Origin: a bacterium
Lineage (GTDB): Bacteria > Margulisbacteria > Marinamargulisbacteria > GCA-2716485 > JAYNIM01
Direction: 5' to 3'
NCBI GenBank assembly: GCA_038109055.1
Contig: JAYNIM010000001.1
Span: 395,365 to 459,364 of the forward strand
Length of the DNA stretch: 64,000 nt
This document shows positions 1 to 10,885 of the stretch, piece by piece. The notes under the pieces were generated by a model. It worked only from the letters and a program-made list of their open reading frames with translations. It did not search any database and was not told the DNA's origin. Both the position numbers and the translations under genes were made by a program. The stretch's first letter is position 1. Every line of letters begins with the position of its first letter.

Positions 1-970
1 TTGTCTCTTCTATATAATTATTTATATCTTTAGCTAAATGAATAAACCTATCGCTTTTGGTCCGTCCACAACCAGGACAGGAGGTAACTAAGGGCATAAA
101 ATACCTAAGACCTAATGATTGTAATAAATACCTACAATTTTTTACTTCAAGGTCTCGATTCACGCCAGGTTCTGGCGTTAAGGAGACACGAATTGTATCA
201 CCGATACCCTGTTGTAGTAATATAGCCAAAGCAGCTGAGCTTGAGACTATCCCTTTTACGCCTCCCCCGGCTTCTGTTAAGCCAAGATGTAGGACGTAAT
301 CGCAACGCTGGGCTAGCTGTTGATACACCTCTATCATATCTTGAACCTCAGACATTTTAACACTGATCACTATTTTTGTTTTAGGCAAGCCAATTGATTC
401 TGCTAGCCTTGCACTTTCTAAAGCGCTCTGAACCATGGCTTGATACAATACATTTTTAAAATCTTCTGGATTATTTTTTTTTGCGTTCTCATCCATTTTA
501 TCTTTTAAGATTTCCTGATCTAAAGAACCTGCGTTCACACCAATACGAACAACTTTGTTATGCTCTATGGCGATTTTTATCATGGTCTCAAAATTTTGAT
601 CGCGTTTATTCCCTTTACCTACGTTTCCTGGATTAATTCTATACTTGGCTAATTGCTTGGCAGATTCGGGATATTTAGATAGAAGAATATGGCCGTTATA
701 ATGAAAATCTCCGATAATCGGTGTGTTATACCCTTGTTCGTTTAAAGATGTTGATATTCTTGGAATGGCTTTCATGGCTGCTTCATCATTAACTGTCACT
801 CTCACTAGTTCAGATCCTGCGTCAACTAACTCTTTTATCTGAGCGACTGTTGCATGAACATCTGCTGTTTCTGTATTTGTCATGGACTGAACAACGATAG
901 GTGATCCTCCACCCATTCTTACCTTTCCAATCTGAACAGTAGGGGTGTTACGTCGTATAGAGCGTTTCAT
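1..970 (-). CDS. ispG: (E)-4-hydroxy-3-methylbut-2-enyl-diphosphate synthase (runs off the window start; not in the ORF track)
   Basis: Manual translation from ATG at 970: [60 protein letters not shown]..., later [30 protein letters not shown] and [10 protein letters not shown] motifs typical of IspG; overlaps the tkt 3' end. Confidence 0.95.
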   Translation of the reverse strand, partial: MKRSIRRNTPTVQIGKVRMGGGSPIVVQSMTNTETADVHATVAQIKELVDAGSELVRVTVNDEAAMKAIPRISTSLNEQGYNTPIIGDFHYNGHILLSKYPESAKQLAKYRINPGNVGKGNKRDQNFETMIKIAIEHNKVVRIGVNAGSLDQEILKDKMDENAKKNNPEDFKNVLYQAMVQSALESARLAESIGLPKTKIVISVKMSEVQDMIEVYQQLAQRCDYVLHLGLTEAGGGVKGIVSSSAALAILLQQGIGDTIRVSLTPEPGVNRDLEVKNCRYLLQSLGLRYFMPLVTSCPGCGRTKSDRFIHLAKDINNYIEET

Positions 971-2957
971 TCTGTTTTACTTGAGTCAGCCTGGTGATAA
1001 TCTTTTCTTTAATTGCCTCGACTGTAAAGCCATACATATCACGTAAATCATCCGCATTTGCACTATGCCCAAACTCATCAACACTTATACATAGGCCATC
1101 ACGCCCAATATACTGATGCCATCCTTTACTACTTGCTGCCTCAATAGATACATATAGTTCTATTGTCTTATCAATAATTTTATTTTTGTAAGCCGTAGCT
1201 TGTGCGTCAAAATAGCATTGACAGGGCATTGAAATCACACGTATTTGATACCCCTCTACTTCTAATTCATTTGCAACTTTTAGTGCAAGATCAACTTCTG
1301 TCCCTGTCCCAATGATGGCACAATCTGCCTCTTTAACATCTTTGACAATATAGGCACCTTTCTTAACATCGTGCATGGATGTTTGTTCAAGATCCTTAGC
1401 TGATTGACGGCTTAAAATTAAGGCGGTTGCTTGACTCTTCGTTTTTAAGGCTTCTAACCACGCCCCTTTTACTTCGTTACTATCGGCTGGTCGGATGACG
1501 GCTAGATTTGGAATGGCTCTTAATCCTGCTAACTGCTCCACGGGTTGATGGGTGGGGCCATCTTCTCCAAGCAAAATACTATCGTGAGTAAACTGATATA
1601 TAACGGGTAATTTCATTAATGCTGTTAGACGAATTGCATTTTTCATATAGTCAGAAAACATTAAAAATGTGCCGATGAAAGGCCGATAAATTCCTTGTAG
1701 GGCTAATCCAGCAGCAACATCAGCCATGGCAAATTCTCTTGCACCATACTTAATATTTTTACCATTGAAATTATCTTTATTTACATCTGAGCTATTTTTA
1801 ATTTTAGTTGAGTCTGAACAGGATAGATCTGCCGAACCACCAATGAACTCTGGCAGTAAGTCATGCAGTTTCTGAATGATAGCTTGTGAACTAGCTCTGG
1901 TTGCTATATTTTCTTTGATCTCTAACTTTTCTATTTCTTTTTCAATATTCTTGGGTACGGTATTTTCACATCTAGCTTTTATTTTTTCAGCCTCTTTGGG
2001 ATGACTTTGTTCCCAGACCTTATAGTTTGTTGACCATTCCTCATACGCTTTTTTTTGTTTGATGCTTTGTTTCTTGAAAAATGTTTTTACTTCCTCAGAC
2101 ACCTCAAAGAATTGTTTGGGGTCTAAGCCTATGTTTTTTTTGCAAAGTTCAGCTTCTTTTTTACCCAAGGCTTTGCCATGAACGTCAGCACTTCCTTCTA
2201 CGTTTGGGGCACCTTTTCCTATGATTGTTTTTGCAATAATTAACGTTGGTTTATTGGCTTTTTTTGCTTTTTGATAAGCCTGATCAATTTCCAAAAACTC
2301 ATGCCCATTAATTGTTTCTACCTGCCATCCATATGCTTCAAAACGTTTCTGGGTATTTTCTGACATAGAGTCTGATAAGGGTCCATCTAAGGAAATATCG
2401 TTACTATCATAAAATACAATGATATTATCTAGGGCTAAATGACCTGCTAGTGATGCGGCTTCTGCGCAAACACCTTCCATTATACACCCATCACCTGCTA
2501 ATACGACTATTTTGGAATTAATTAAACTGTTTAAATTAAACTGGACCTTGAGTAATTGATTTGCTAAGGCTAATCCAACTGCTGTTGCAAATCCTTGTCC
2601 AAGTGGACCTGTTGTTGTTTCTACTCCCGCTAGATGTCCATATTCAGGATGCCCGGCTGTTTTAGCGTTTTTTTGTCTAAATTGTCTTAAATCTTCAATA
2701 CTGCAATCAAAGCCAGCAAGATGTAAACAACTGTATAACAACATAGACCCATGACCCGCAGATAAAATAAATTTATCACGATTTAACCACGTTGTTTCAG
2801 TTGGATTAAATTGCAAGGCATGACCGAATAAATAAGCTCCAATTTCTGCACAGCCTAAGGGGAGACCTGGATGCCCGCATCCTGCTTTTTCGATTGCATC
2901 AATGCTTAATCCTCGTATTGTTCTTGCTGCATCTTTTAACGCTTTTATGTTAATCAT
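948..2957 (-). CDS. tkt: Transketolase
   Basis: [37 protein letters not shown] (TPP site), [19 protein letters not shown]. Confidence 0.97.
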   Translation of the reverse strand: MINIKALKDAARTIRGLSIDAIEKAGCGHPGLPLGCAEIGAYLFGHALQFNPTETTWLNRDKFILSAGHGSMLLYSCLHLAGFDCSIEDLRQFRQKNAKTAGHPEYGHLAGVETTTGPLGQGFATAVGLALANQLLKVQFNLNSLINSKIVVLAGDGCIMEGVCAEAASLAGHLALDNIIVFYDSNDISLDGPLSDSMSENTQKRFEAYGWQVETINGHEFLEIDQAYQKAKKANKPTLIIAKTIIGKGAPNVEGSADVHGKALGKKEAELCKKNIGLDPKQFFEVSEEVKTFFKKQSIKQKKAYEEWSTNYKVWEQSHPKEAEKIKARCENTVPKNIEKEIEKLEIKENIATRASSQAIIQKLHDLLPEFIGGSADLSCSDSTKIKNSSDVNKDNFNGKNIKYGAREFAMADVAAGLALQGIYRPFIGTFLMFSDYMKNAIRLTALMKLPVIYQFTHDSILLGEDGPTHQPVEQLAGLRAIPNLAVIRPADSNEVKGAWLEALKTKSQATALILSRQSAKDLEQTSMHDVKKGAYIVKDVKEADCAIIGTGTEVDLALKVANELEVEGYQIRVISMPCQCYFDAQATAYKNKIIDKTIELYVSIEAASSKGWHQYIGRDGLCISVDEFGHSANADDLRDMYGFTVEAIKEKIITRLTQVKQNETLYTT

Positions 2958-3078
2958 TCTGTCTTAATAGTAGCGTAGGTTTTGCTATGCTTCAATCAAG
3001 AATCTATGTTTCCGTTGTTTCTTTACTTTTTACGACAATCCTTACTTATATTCTATTGCTATTTCATGCTATCCCTGT

Positions 3079-4308
3079 ATGGTATACTTATCAATTATGA
3101 AGATATCTTTCTTTGGGTTAATACTTCTTTATTTGTCCGTTATTTCCCCACTTATATATTCTTCAGCGAAGAAGGACATACAAGATATTAGCTTTACATC
3201 TTGTATCTGGCACTACGACGAATCATTATGGCAAGATATTTCGGAAGTCGTGACAGAAAAAGTAAAACCTGATGTTTTTATATTCTTAGGAGATACGGTC
3301 TATAACGATATCTCGGAAACAGGTCGATATACGCTGGTTGATTATGCGTATCAGCGTTTGCCTTTTTTTAATTATGAAAAATGGTTTTTCAAAAAGAAAT
3401 TTAGTCATAATCTTTTAACCCAATTTGCACGATTTCAATCTACATACTTTTATCAGACTCTTTCCCATCACATGTTGCAGCGCTCTTCTACATTTACCTT
3501 ACCCCAAAATGATGGCGGTATTCCAGGCATACTTGCGGTATGGGATGACCATGACTATGGCTATAATGATTCTGGTTCTTGGCACCCCGAAAAAATTGAA
3601 GTCAAACATATTTTTGAGTCTATGTTTGGCAAAGCACCTAACACAACTTTGACATCGAATGAGCCAGGTATTTATGGTGCTTATCGCTCTGGCCCTAATA
3701 ACGACTTACAAATCATCCTATTGGATTGTCGTAGTTTTAAAACGCCACACTTTGAAATACGTAAAAATCCCAGTGTGAATGTTCAAATTTTGGGAGAAAA
3801 ACAATGGAACTGGTTACAAGAACGCTTAAGCGAACCTGCAAAAATCCGTATTATTGGCTCTAGCTTCCCTGTTCTACCCGAAAAAATCTTTAAATGGAAA
3901 AACGATCAGTGGAAAGAGCAGAACAAAGAAAGATGGTCAATTTTTGGATCAGAACGCCATCGTTTATTGGAATTACTTAGTCAATCTGATAGTGAAATTA
4001 TCCTTATTTCTGGTGATTGGCATTTTGCTGACCTTTCTCGGATTAACTACAAAGGTAAGATTATTCATGAAGTTACGGCTGGTGGTTGGCATAGTAACAA
4101 AAAAGGATACAAAGGCTATAAAGGTCTTAGAAAGCGCTTTAAACATGAGTATAGTATCCCTTCTATTCAAAAGGATATTCCACCTAGAGCCTGGCAAAAT
4201 TTTGCAAATATTCACATTGATTGGTCCAAACACTTACTTCATTTAGCCATATATAATAAATTAGGCGAAATAGAACCAGGATATGAAGTCCATATTGATT
4301 TTAACTAA
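3079..4308 (+). CDS. Alkaline phosphatase D (PhoD)-family metallophosphatase, probably exported; start may be ATG 3097
   Basis: FLGDTVY, WDDHDYGYND, ILLDCRSF, LGEKQWNWL and ISGDWH motifs; hydrophobic N-terminus. Confidence 0.85.
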   Translation: MVYLSIMKISFFGLILLYLSVISPLIYSSAKKDIQDISFTSCIWHYDESLWQDISEVVTEKVKPDVFIFLGDTVYNDISETGRYTLVDYAYQRLPFFNYEKWFFKKKFSHNLLTQFARFQSTYFYQTLSHHMLQRSSTFTLPQNDGGIPGILAVWDDHDYGYNDSGSWHPEKIEVKHIFESMFGKAPNTTLTSNEPGIYGAYRSGPNNDLQIILLDCRSFKTPHFEIRKNPSVNVQILGEKQWNWLQERLSEPAKIRIIGSSFPVLPEKIFKWKNDQWKEQNKERWSIFGSERHRLLELLSQSDSEIILISGDWHFADLSRINYKGKIIHEVTAGGWHSNKKGYKGYKGLRKRFKHEYSIPSIQKDIPPRAWQNFANIHIDWSKHLLHLAIYNKLGEIEPGYEVHIDFN

Positions 4309-4320
4309 ATATTCTTCACT

Positions 4321-4992
4321 ATGAAAAAGATTTCACTGCTCTTTCTCTTTCCTATTTTCCTACTAGTTATTTATCTTTTTTTTTCATTTAGGTCTTTTTT
4401 ATCCCTGACTTATTTACAAAGTATTCTACATATTTTGCATAATTATGTTGCTATTAACCCTTTATTAAGCCCTTTCATTTTTATCCTTTTCTTTTCTATT
4501 TTAACGAGTCTTGCATTGCCGGTTGGTGCTTTATTCCTTTTACTCTCTGGTTATTTATTCCCAACTTTTCTGGCCTCTTTGTATTCAATGATTTCACTTA
4601 CACTCTCTGGACTTGTTTTATTTATATGTGCACGCTATTTCTTTCGTGATTACTTTTTCACCAAATTTTATCCATTGTATTGTAAAATTAATGATTCATT
4701 ACAAAGTCAAGAAAATGCTGTTTTGTTTATTTTGCGCTGCGTCCCGGTTCTTCCTTTTTTCTTGGTGAGTATTTTTTTGGGTTTAAGTAAGGTGAACTTG
4801 GTCAAATATCTCTTGTTTACCTCTTTTGGAATGTATCCAATTATTTATATTTATTCTATGTTAGGTAAGCGCTTGGTGAGTCTCTCTAGCCTTCAAGACC
4901 TTTTTTCTCCTGAAATTACCATTATTATCTTATGTGTTTTTGCTATTAGTATGCTTGGAATTATGTTTAGATCCCGAACACTACGACGCTAG
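4321..4992 (+). CDS. TVP38/TMEM64 (DedA/YdjX-like) membrane protein
   Basis: Multi-TM; LALPVGALFLLLSGYLF and ILRCVPVLPFFLV match the family pattern. Confidence 0.8.
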   Translation: MKKISLLFLFPIFLLVIYLFFSFRSFLSLTYLQSILHILHNYVAINPLLSPFIFILFFSILTSLALPVGALFLLLSGYLFPTFLASLYSMISLTLSGLVLFICARYFFRDYFFTKFYPLYCKINDSLQSQENAVLFILRCVPVLPFFLVSIFLGLSKVNLVKYLLFTSFGMYPIIYIYSMLGKRLVSLSSLQDLFSPEITIIILCVFAISMLGIMFRSRTLRR

Positions 4993-5732
4993 CGTCGGTC
5001 TCTTAACTTAGCCAGTAGTCTTAAAATTTCAATATATAACCAGATTAAGGTTACCATTAAGGCAAAAGCACCTACCCATTCCATTTGTTTTGGTGCAGAT
5101 TGTCTTGCACCTTCTTCAATGAAATCAAAATCCATCACTAAATTTAGCGCGGCTATTGTAACAACAATTAACGAAAACCCTACCCCCAATAATCCGTTAC
5201 CATAGATAACATTCAAATGGAACCCAAACATCGATAGGATAAACGAAACAAAATAAAACATACAGATGCCCCCTGTTGCAGCAGCAATCCCTAATTTAAA
5301 GTTCTCAGTAACTTTAATTAGCCCAGATTTATAGGCACCCAACAAACAAAACAAGGTTCCAAATGTTAAGCCAACTGCTTGGATTACTATTCCTGGATAA
5401 GAGGCCTCAAACATGGATGAGAGTGCGCCTAAAAATAAGCCTTGGCATACTGCATATGCCGGTGCAGTTACATGTGCCCACTGTGTTTTAAAATAGGTCA
5501 TCAAGGCTAAAACTAATCCCCCAATTGCTCCTACTACAATAAAGGGTGTTACTGCTTGAGCACCTGATTCAAAAAATAATCGCCAAGTCCAAGATGCAGC
5601 TCCCAAAACCATCACAAGTAATAAAAAGCATTTATTCACAGTCCCTTGAATGGTCATTTGTTCGGTCTCTACTCTGGTATGAGCTGAAAAAATGTCATTA
5701 CTTAAAATTGGGTTTGATGATCTCATTAACAT
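4989..5732 (-). CDS. Bax inhibitor-1/YccA-family membrane protein
   Basis: MRSSNP...MTIQGTVNK; GIVIQAVGLTFG; LVMDFDFIEEG; LMVTLIWLYIEILRLL. Confidence 0.85.
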   Translation of the reverse strand: MLMRSSNPILSNDIFSAHTRVETEQMTIQGTVNKCFLLLVMVLGAASWTWRLFFESGAQAVTPFIVVGAIGGLVLALMTYFKTQWAHVTAPAYAVCQGLFLGALSSMFEASYPGIVIQAVGLTFGTLFCLLGAYKSGLIKVTENFKLGIAAATGGICMFYFVSFILSMFGFHLNVIYGNGLLGVGFSLIVVTIAALNLVMDFDFIEEGARQSAPKQMEWVGAFALMVTLIWLYIEILRLLAKLRDRR

Positions 5733-5782
5733 GATTTATCCACTCCTTTTAACTGGTTTATTTTAATTAGATCTTATTTTTT

Positions 5783-6598
5783 TTACAAGCAACGTTGTGT
5801 CAATACAGGTAAGGACTGTCTTATTTTTTTTAATTCGTTAAAATCTAAACACGCGTATATAATTTCTTCTTTATTTTCTGATGCTTCTGCAAGAATATTT
5901 CCCCAAGGATCGACAACTAAACTGTGACCAAAACTTTCTATTCCCCCCGGACCAATACCTATTTGATTTGGCGCACAGACAAAACACGCATTTTCAATAG
6001 CCCGTGCTCGACATAAGGTGTGCCAATGTGCCTTTCCAGTTGGTTTTGTAAAGCATGAGGGCACAGTTAATAACTCTGCCCCTAAGCGTGCATATAATCG
6101 GTATAATTCTGGAAAGCGCAGATCATAACAAATAGACAACCCGACTTTGTGACCTTTAACGCGGCCTATTGCAGGTTGTTTTCCTGCTAAAAACTCCCTT
6201 CGTTCATCTATCTTTCTCTCTTTGCTTGTGTAGCTAAATAAATGTATTTTTCTGTATATTTGATCAATCTCCCCATGATCATTAATCAGTATAGAGGTAT
6301 TATACCTTTTATTTCTTTCAGCTTTTTCGTATATGCTCCCACAAAGTATCCATGATTTTGATTCTTTTGCTAATTGTAAAAATGGTTGTATTGAAGGGCC
6401 ACAACATGTTTCATTTGGTAATAAAGCCTCTTTTGCTTGACGTCGAAACGTATACACCTCAGGCAATAAAATAAAATCAACTTTTTTTTGACTGGCCACT
6501 TTAACCATTGATATTGCTTTTTCAAGGTTTTTCTTTTGATCTGTTGTTGCAGATAACTGTATGATGGCTACTTTAAGTATGGGGCTATCTGTGTTCAT
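5783..6598 (-). CDS. Carbon-nitrogen hydrolase (Nit1/deaminated glutathione amidase-like)
   Basis: Catalytic triad motifs LLPE, YRKIHLF, ICYDLRFPE; HWHTLCRARAIEN; GHSLVVDPWG. Confidence 0.92.
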   Translation of the reverse strand: MNTDSPILKVAIIQLSATTDQKKNLEKAISMVKVASQKKVDFILLPEVYTFRRQAKEALLPNETCCGPSIQPFLQLAKESKSWILCGSIYEKAERNKRYNTSILINDHGEIDQIYRKIHLFSYTSKERKIDERREFLAGKQPAIGRVKGHKVGLSICYDLRFPELYRLYARLGAELLTVPSCFTKPTGKAHWHTLCRARAIENACFVCAPNQIGIGPGGIESFGHSLVVDPWGNILAEASENKEEIIYACLDFNELKKIRQSLPVLTQRCL

Positions 6599-6735
6599 GT
6601 CTCTGTAGTTAAGGTAGCAAGGATTAGCATTATTTGACTAGTATTGATTAACATTCTCGCCCTTCTTCCCATATTCCCTAAATTTTCACAAAACCCTGGA
6701 ACATCTTTTTGTGTCGAGGTATACTATAATTCAAC

Positions 6736-6808
6736 GCGGGAGTAGCTCAATTGGTAGAGCATCAGCCTTCCAAGCTGAGGGTCGCGGGTTCGAGGCCCGT
6801 CTCCCGCT
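6736..6808 (+). tRNA. tRNA-Gly (anticodon TCC); CCA not encoded
   Basis: Acceptor GCGGGAG/CTCCCGC, D arm GCTCAATTGGTAGAGC, anticodon arm TCAGC-CTTCCAA-GCTGA, T arm GCGGG-TTCGAGG-CCCGT, discriminator T. Confidence 0.97.
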
Positions 6809-6813
6809 TTTAA

Positions 6814-7677
6814 TTAGGCTTTTTGACCGATATATACAACTGCTAGCATGGTAAATACAAATGCCTGAATAATGCCTGCAAATAATCCAAAGAACGCACT
6901 TAGTCCAATAGGGATAAAGACATGTTGGATAACAGATGACACAATTGCGATAATCATAAATCCACCAAAAATATTTCCAAAAAGACGAAATGAATGTGAA
7001 ATAACACTTGAAAATTCTCCAATAATATTTATCATCATCAGAATATTCACCGGTGCTAATAGCAACCACCAACCATGACAAGGAATGACGTCTCCCCAAT
7101 ATTGTTTTAAGTAGTCTTTGATTCCTCTTTTACTGATAGAATTTACATGGACAATTATAAATACCATCAATGCAAGTGCTAGGTCTGTGTTAATGGATCG
7201 TGTCGGCTCCTTAAAGTTGGGTATGTTAAACAAAAAACTGTACCAGGTTGATACACCCGGCATGAATTTTATTTGTGTGAATCCTTCAAATACAACAGGA
7301 AGGTTTTCTCCTCCTAGTAATTTATGGAATAAGCCTATTAATATCCCTAATAGATTTGCTATGTTAGGCACTATGCCAATCCAATTAGAGAGTAAAATAA
7401 ATAAAAATAATGTTAGTATAAAGGGTAAGAATCGTTTCCCCTCTTTTTTACCTAGTGTGCTTAATGTGATATCACTGATGAATTCATACACTAACTCTGA
7501 TAAACTCTGTAACTTTCCTGGCACTCTTTTAAGGCTGCGCTTGACGCTCATACACATCAAAATCATGAGTGCAATTACAAACCATGTCATCCCAATTGTT
7601 ATCAGATCTAACTGAAAAGAATGTCCAAATAGACTAAATGTTTTCATTGATGTCTGCATTAATAAACCTGATTCCAC
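6814..7677 (-). CDS. atpB: F0F1 ATP synthase subunit a, stand-alone; start uncertain
   Basis: VPGKLQSLSE, LFLFILLSNWIG, PTRSINT, SHSFRLFGNIFGG (essential Arg), IQAFVFTMLAVVYI. Confidence 0.93.
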   Translation of the reverse strand: MESGLLMQTSMKTFSLFGHSFQLDLITIGMTWFVIALMILMCMSVKRSLKRVPGKLQSLSELVYEFISDITLSTLGKKEGKRFLPFILTLFLFILLSNWIGIVPNIANLLGILIGLFHKLLGGENLPVVFEGFTQIKFMPGVSTWYSFLFNIPNFKEPTRSINTDLALALMVFIIVHVNSISKRGIKDYLKQYWGDVIPCHGWWLLLAPVNILMMINIIGEFSSVISHSFRLFGNIFGGFMIIAIVSSVIQHVFIPIGLSAFFGLFAGIIQAFVFTMLAVVYIGQKA

Positions 7678-7793
7678 TTTATTTACTCCATGTTTTTTTT
7701 ATTCTTCATAAGTATAGCGATACTTTTTTTAATTTTAAAGGCTCATTCCTACACTTTTTTAATTTACTTATTTATTATATTTATCCTAATGTA

Positions 7794-9050
7794 TTAGTTC
7801 ACTTGAATTTTTTTAAACCCTGTCCAAGGTTGTAAAGGTTCGGGTACTAAAATAGAGTTATCTTTTTGCTGGTTGTTTTCTATCAGTGCGATCATTGTTC
7901 GTGGAATCCCTAAACAAGAGCCATTTAATGTGTCGCAGAGTGCCTTTTCTTTACCTTCTCTATAGCGAACCTTGGCCCTTCTTGACTGAAAATCTCTGCA
8001 CATACTTATGGAACTAACTTCTAACCACTCTTGGCAGCCTGCTGCCCACACTTCAACATCAATGGTTTTGCTTGCTGCAAAGCCTAAATCTCCTGTGCAG
8101 AGGCTTTTTAATTGATAGGGAAGCTCTAATTCAGTACATATTTTTTTTGCTATATCCACCATTTTATTAAAAATCCCCTCTGCCTGATCTGGCTTACAAA
8201 ACGAAAACATCTCTACTTTATCAAATTGATGTCCCCGTTTCATGCCCCGCCCATCTTTACCTGCTGACGCTTTCTCTCTGCGAAAACAAGCTGTGTGTGC
8301 ACAGTATAATTTGGGTAACGAATCTGCTTCTAGTATTTCGTCTTGATGTAGAGCAGTTAAGGGCACTTCGGCTGTTGGAATCCACCAAAAATCTTCTTCT
8401 ATATCGTGATATAAATTCTCAGCAAATTTAGGTAATTGGCCTGCTGCTAATAGCGCATCTTGATGTACCATATAAGGAAGCGTCACCTCTAGAAAACCAG
8501 CCTCTTGTAGTGTTTTTAATAAATATTGAATTAATGCCCGCTGTAACTGTGCAAATTCACCATACATGACATAAAAACGTGACCCGCTTAATTTCACTCC
8601 ACGTTTAAAATCTAATAATCTGCTTGCTTTATCTATTTCCCAATGTGGTTTTTGTTCTGTTATTTTTTGTTTGTCTGGACTGCTGTATATAATTTTATTT
8701 TCTTTCTCACTTTGGCCTTCATGCACATCCTTTTCTGGAAAATTGGGAATTCTTAGGCTTATTTTTTTAAGTTGTTTTTCTATTTCGTTTTGTATCTCCT
8801 CTAGATGGACGATTTGTTGCTTAATTATTTTTACTCCCTCTTTTTGAGAACCTGCTTCTTGTGGATTTTTTCTAATGGACTGCGTGAGTTGGTTTCGTTT
8901 TACCTGTAGTACCTCAATCTCCTTCTGACCTTTTTTTCGTTTGTTTTCTAAAGCAATCAGATCATCAAGTAGCTCCGTTGATAGCCCTCGTTTCTTAAAC
9001 GCAATCACCGCCTCTTTTCTGTTTCTGATACACTCATTTATGTTAATCAT
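7794..9050 (-). CDS. serS: Seryl-tRNA synthetase
   Basis: N-terminal coiled coil; GVKLSGSRFY, IPTAEVPL, CFRREKASAG, HQFDKVEM, EVSSIS, TLNGSCLGIPR. Confidence 0.97.
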   Translation of the reverse strand: MININECIRNRKEAVIAFKKRGLSTELLDDLIALENKRKKGQKEIEVLQVKRNQLTQSIRKNPQEAGSQKEGVKIIKQQIVHLEEIQNEIEKQLKKISLRIPNFPEKDVHEGQSEKENKIIYSSPDKQKITEQKPHWEIDKASRLLDFKRGVKLSGSRFYVMYGEFAQLQRALIQYLLKTLQEAGFLEVTLPYMVHQDALLAAGQLPKFAENLYHDIEEDFWWIPTAEVPLTALHQDEILEADSLPKLYCAHTACFRREKASAGKDGRGMKRGHQFDKVEMFSFCKPDQAEGIFNKMVDIAKKICTELELPYQLKSLCTGDLGFAASKTIDVEVWAAGCQEWLEVSSISMCRDFQSRRAKVRYREGKEKALCDTLNGSCLGIPRTMIALIENNQQKDNSILVPEPLQPWTGFKKIQVN

Positions 9051-9202
9051 CTCTCCATCATATAAGAGGTATTTTTTGCTGACTAGCTTTTTTAGTTTTT
9101 TTGTTCTTTATTCTCTTTCTTAAACTGACCATTCTATTTGGGGTTTCTTACGCTATTAATGATTGATTTTTTTTCTAAATGCTCTCTTCCTTGCCTGACA
9201 TG

Positions 9203-9235
9203 TTGACTAGTAAATTGAGACTAAGTATCATTATC
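9203..9235 (+). promoter_or_regulatory. Sigma70-type promoter overlapped by a Fur-box-like operator
   Basis: TTGACT (9203-9208), 17 bp spacer, TATCAT (9226-9231); GAGACTAAGTATCATTATC (9217-9235) matches 14/19 of GATAATGATAATCATTATC; near-palindrome TGAGACT-A-AGTATCA. Confidence 0.65.
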
Positions 9236-9274
9236 AAAAACTGATCAGAAAAAATTCATTAATAGAGGATAAAA

Positions 9275-10342
9275 ATGCTCAACATATTTAAAACTATTTC
9301 ATCCGTACTATGCCTACTTTTACTGGTATCACCCACATCCACAGCCTCCGCCAAATTAAGTGGCTACTTAGACACTGAGTTTTATGCGGGAAAATCATCT
9401 TCAACATTTAAGGCTCATCGATTTATCCTTCACGCTTCGTCGCAGGTTCATGAACACTTATTTTTTAATAGTGAATTGGAATTTGAATATGGAGCTAATA
9501 CAAATAATGGGGGTGAAATCAAAATTGAACAAGCTTGGCTTGACTATTCGTTTTCTGATGCCTTTATTCAACGTACAGGTATTATTCTCATTCCTTTTGG
9601 TCGTGTCAATATCCTTCATGATTCCGACCTTAGAGATGCAACTATGCGGCCTATCTATGCCAAATATATTGTCCCCACTACCTGGATGGATACAGGCGTT
9701 GGTTTTCGAGGCACCCTTGAAAAAGGTGATTGGCTATTCACCTATGATGCCTATCTAATTAATGGCTTAAATACCTTTAGTTCTGAACAGGGTAAAGGCC
9801 CTAATGAATCTGGTATCCGTAAAAATCGGCCTGGTTTTAAACATGATAATAATCAAAATAAAGCTGTGGCAGCACGTCTGATGGCCAGCCCCTTTTTAGG
9901 CCTAGAATTAGGCACATCTTTGTATCACGGTAACTATGATAATGATGATAAACATAGTCTATCCCTTTATGGTTTCGATGTTTTTTATAAACAAGGTCCT
10001 TTAGAACTTATTTCTGAATTAGCTCAGGTTGATATTGAGGGACAACATGTTGATCAAATGTTCGGTTATTACGTTGAAGGCCGTTATCATTTACCTGCTT
10101 CAGGACTTTCTTTTTTAACTCGTGACTTTGCACATCCAGTATTTACCTTATTTGCGCGCTACTCTGCTGTTGATACAGATACATCCGTTGACAATGAATA
10201 CGATCGTGGTCAAATAACCCTTGGAATTAACTTTCGCCCTGTTGAATCTGTTGTGTACAAATTAGAGTATGAATGGAATACTGAACTAAAAAATGAGACA
10301 GATAATGATCAGTTTGTTGCCTCCCTTGCAGTCGGTTTCTAA
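9275..10342 (+). CDS. Outer-membrane porin-like beta-barrel
   Basis: Signal peptide, amphipathic beta strands (FNSELEFEYG, IKIEQAWLDY, VVYKLEYEW), C-terminal Phe (LAVGF). Confidence 0.75.
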   Translation: MLNIFKTISSVLCLLLLVSPTSTASAKLSGYLDTEFYAGKSSSTFKAHRFILHASSQVHEHLFFNSELEFEYGANTNNGGEIKIEQAWLDYSFSDAFIQRTGIILIPFGRVNILHDSDLRDATMRPIYAKYIVPTTWMDTGVGFRGTLEKGDWLFTYDAYLINGLNTFSSEQGKGPNESGIRKNRPGFKHDNNQNKAVAARLMASPFLGLELGTSLYHGNYDNDDKHSLSLYGFDVFYKQGPLELISELAQVDIEGQHVDQMFGYYVEGRYHLPASGLSFLTRDFAHPVFTLFARYSAVDTDTSVDNEYDRGQITLGINFRPVESVVYKLEYEWNTELKNETDNDQFVASLAVGF

Positions 10343-10874
10343 GTCTGTAAGTATCCTATTTTGTTTGGGCTGCCTTCTTATGATGGCAGGTCAGGCAAGT
10401 GCCTATGAAAAAGTCTATTATACTCAAGAACAGGCTTTGGCACAGTGTTTTCCTTCTGCTCGCTCTATTGAAACTATTGATATTTCTATTGATAATGCAC
10501 TCAAACAAACGATTGAACAACGCTTAGGATTTTCTTTTGATAAAAATACAGTGCAGATCTTTAAAGGCTATAGTACTGATGGCTACTTAGGCTCCGCCCT
10601 GATTTTACATGAAAAAGGTAAATACGAACCCATTACTTTTATGGTACATATTTCGCCTGAAAAGCGTGTTTCTAACGTTATTTTGATGATTTATCGCGAG
10701 AAAGTTGGGGCAGAAGTTCGTAAAAAACGTTTTTTGCGCCAATTTTTTGGCAAACACGCCTCTAGCTCTATTGTAGTAGATCAAGATATTGATGGTATTA
10801 GTGGAGCTACTATTTCTAGTTGGGCATTGGCTGCCGGTGTTAAAAAAGCGCTTATTTTAAGTGATGAAATTTAG
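10293..10874 (+). CDS. Extracytosolic FMN-binding protein (flavinylation substrate); true start probably downstream of 10340
   Basis: Signal peptide; GKYEPITFMV, YREKVG..V, FLRQFFGK and DGISGATISS ([S/T]GA[S/T] flavinylation motif). Confidence 0.85.
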   Translation: MRQIMISLLPPLQSVSKSVSILFCLGCLLMMAGQASAYEKVYYTQEQALAQCFPSARSIETIDISIDNALKQTIEQRLGFSFDKNTVQIFKGYSTDGYLGSALILHEKGKYEPITFMVHISPEKRVSNVILMIYREKVGAEVRKKRFLRQFFGKHASSSIVVDQDIDGISGATISSWALAAGVKKALILSDEI

Positions 10875-10885
10875 GTTCTGTTGTT

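Noticed and set aside
57..299. 80-aa plus-strand ORF
   Set aside because: Antisense shadow of ispG, which occupies the minus strand here.
6731..7099. 122-aa minus-strand ORF
   Set aside because: Alternative frame of atpB running antisense across the tRNA-Gly; a typical spurious tRNA-shadow peptide.
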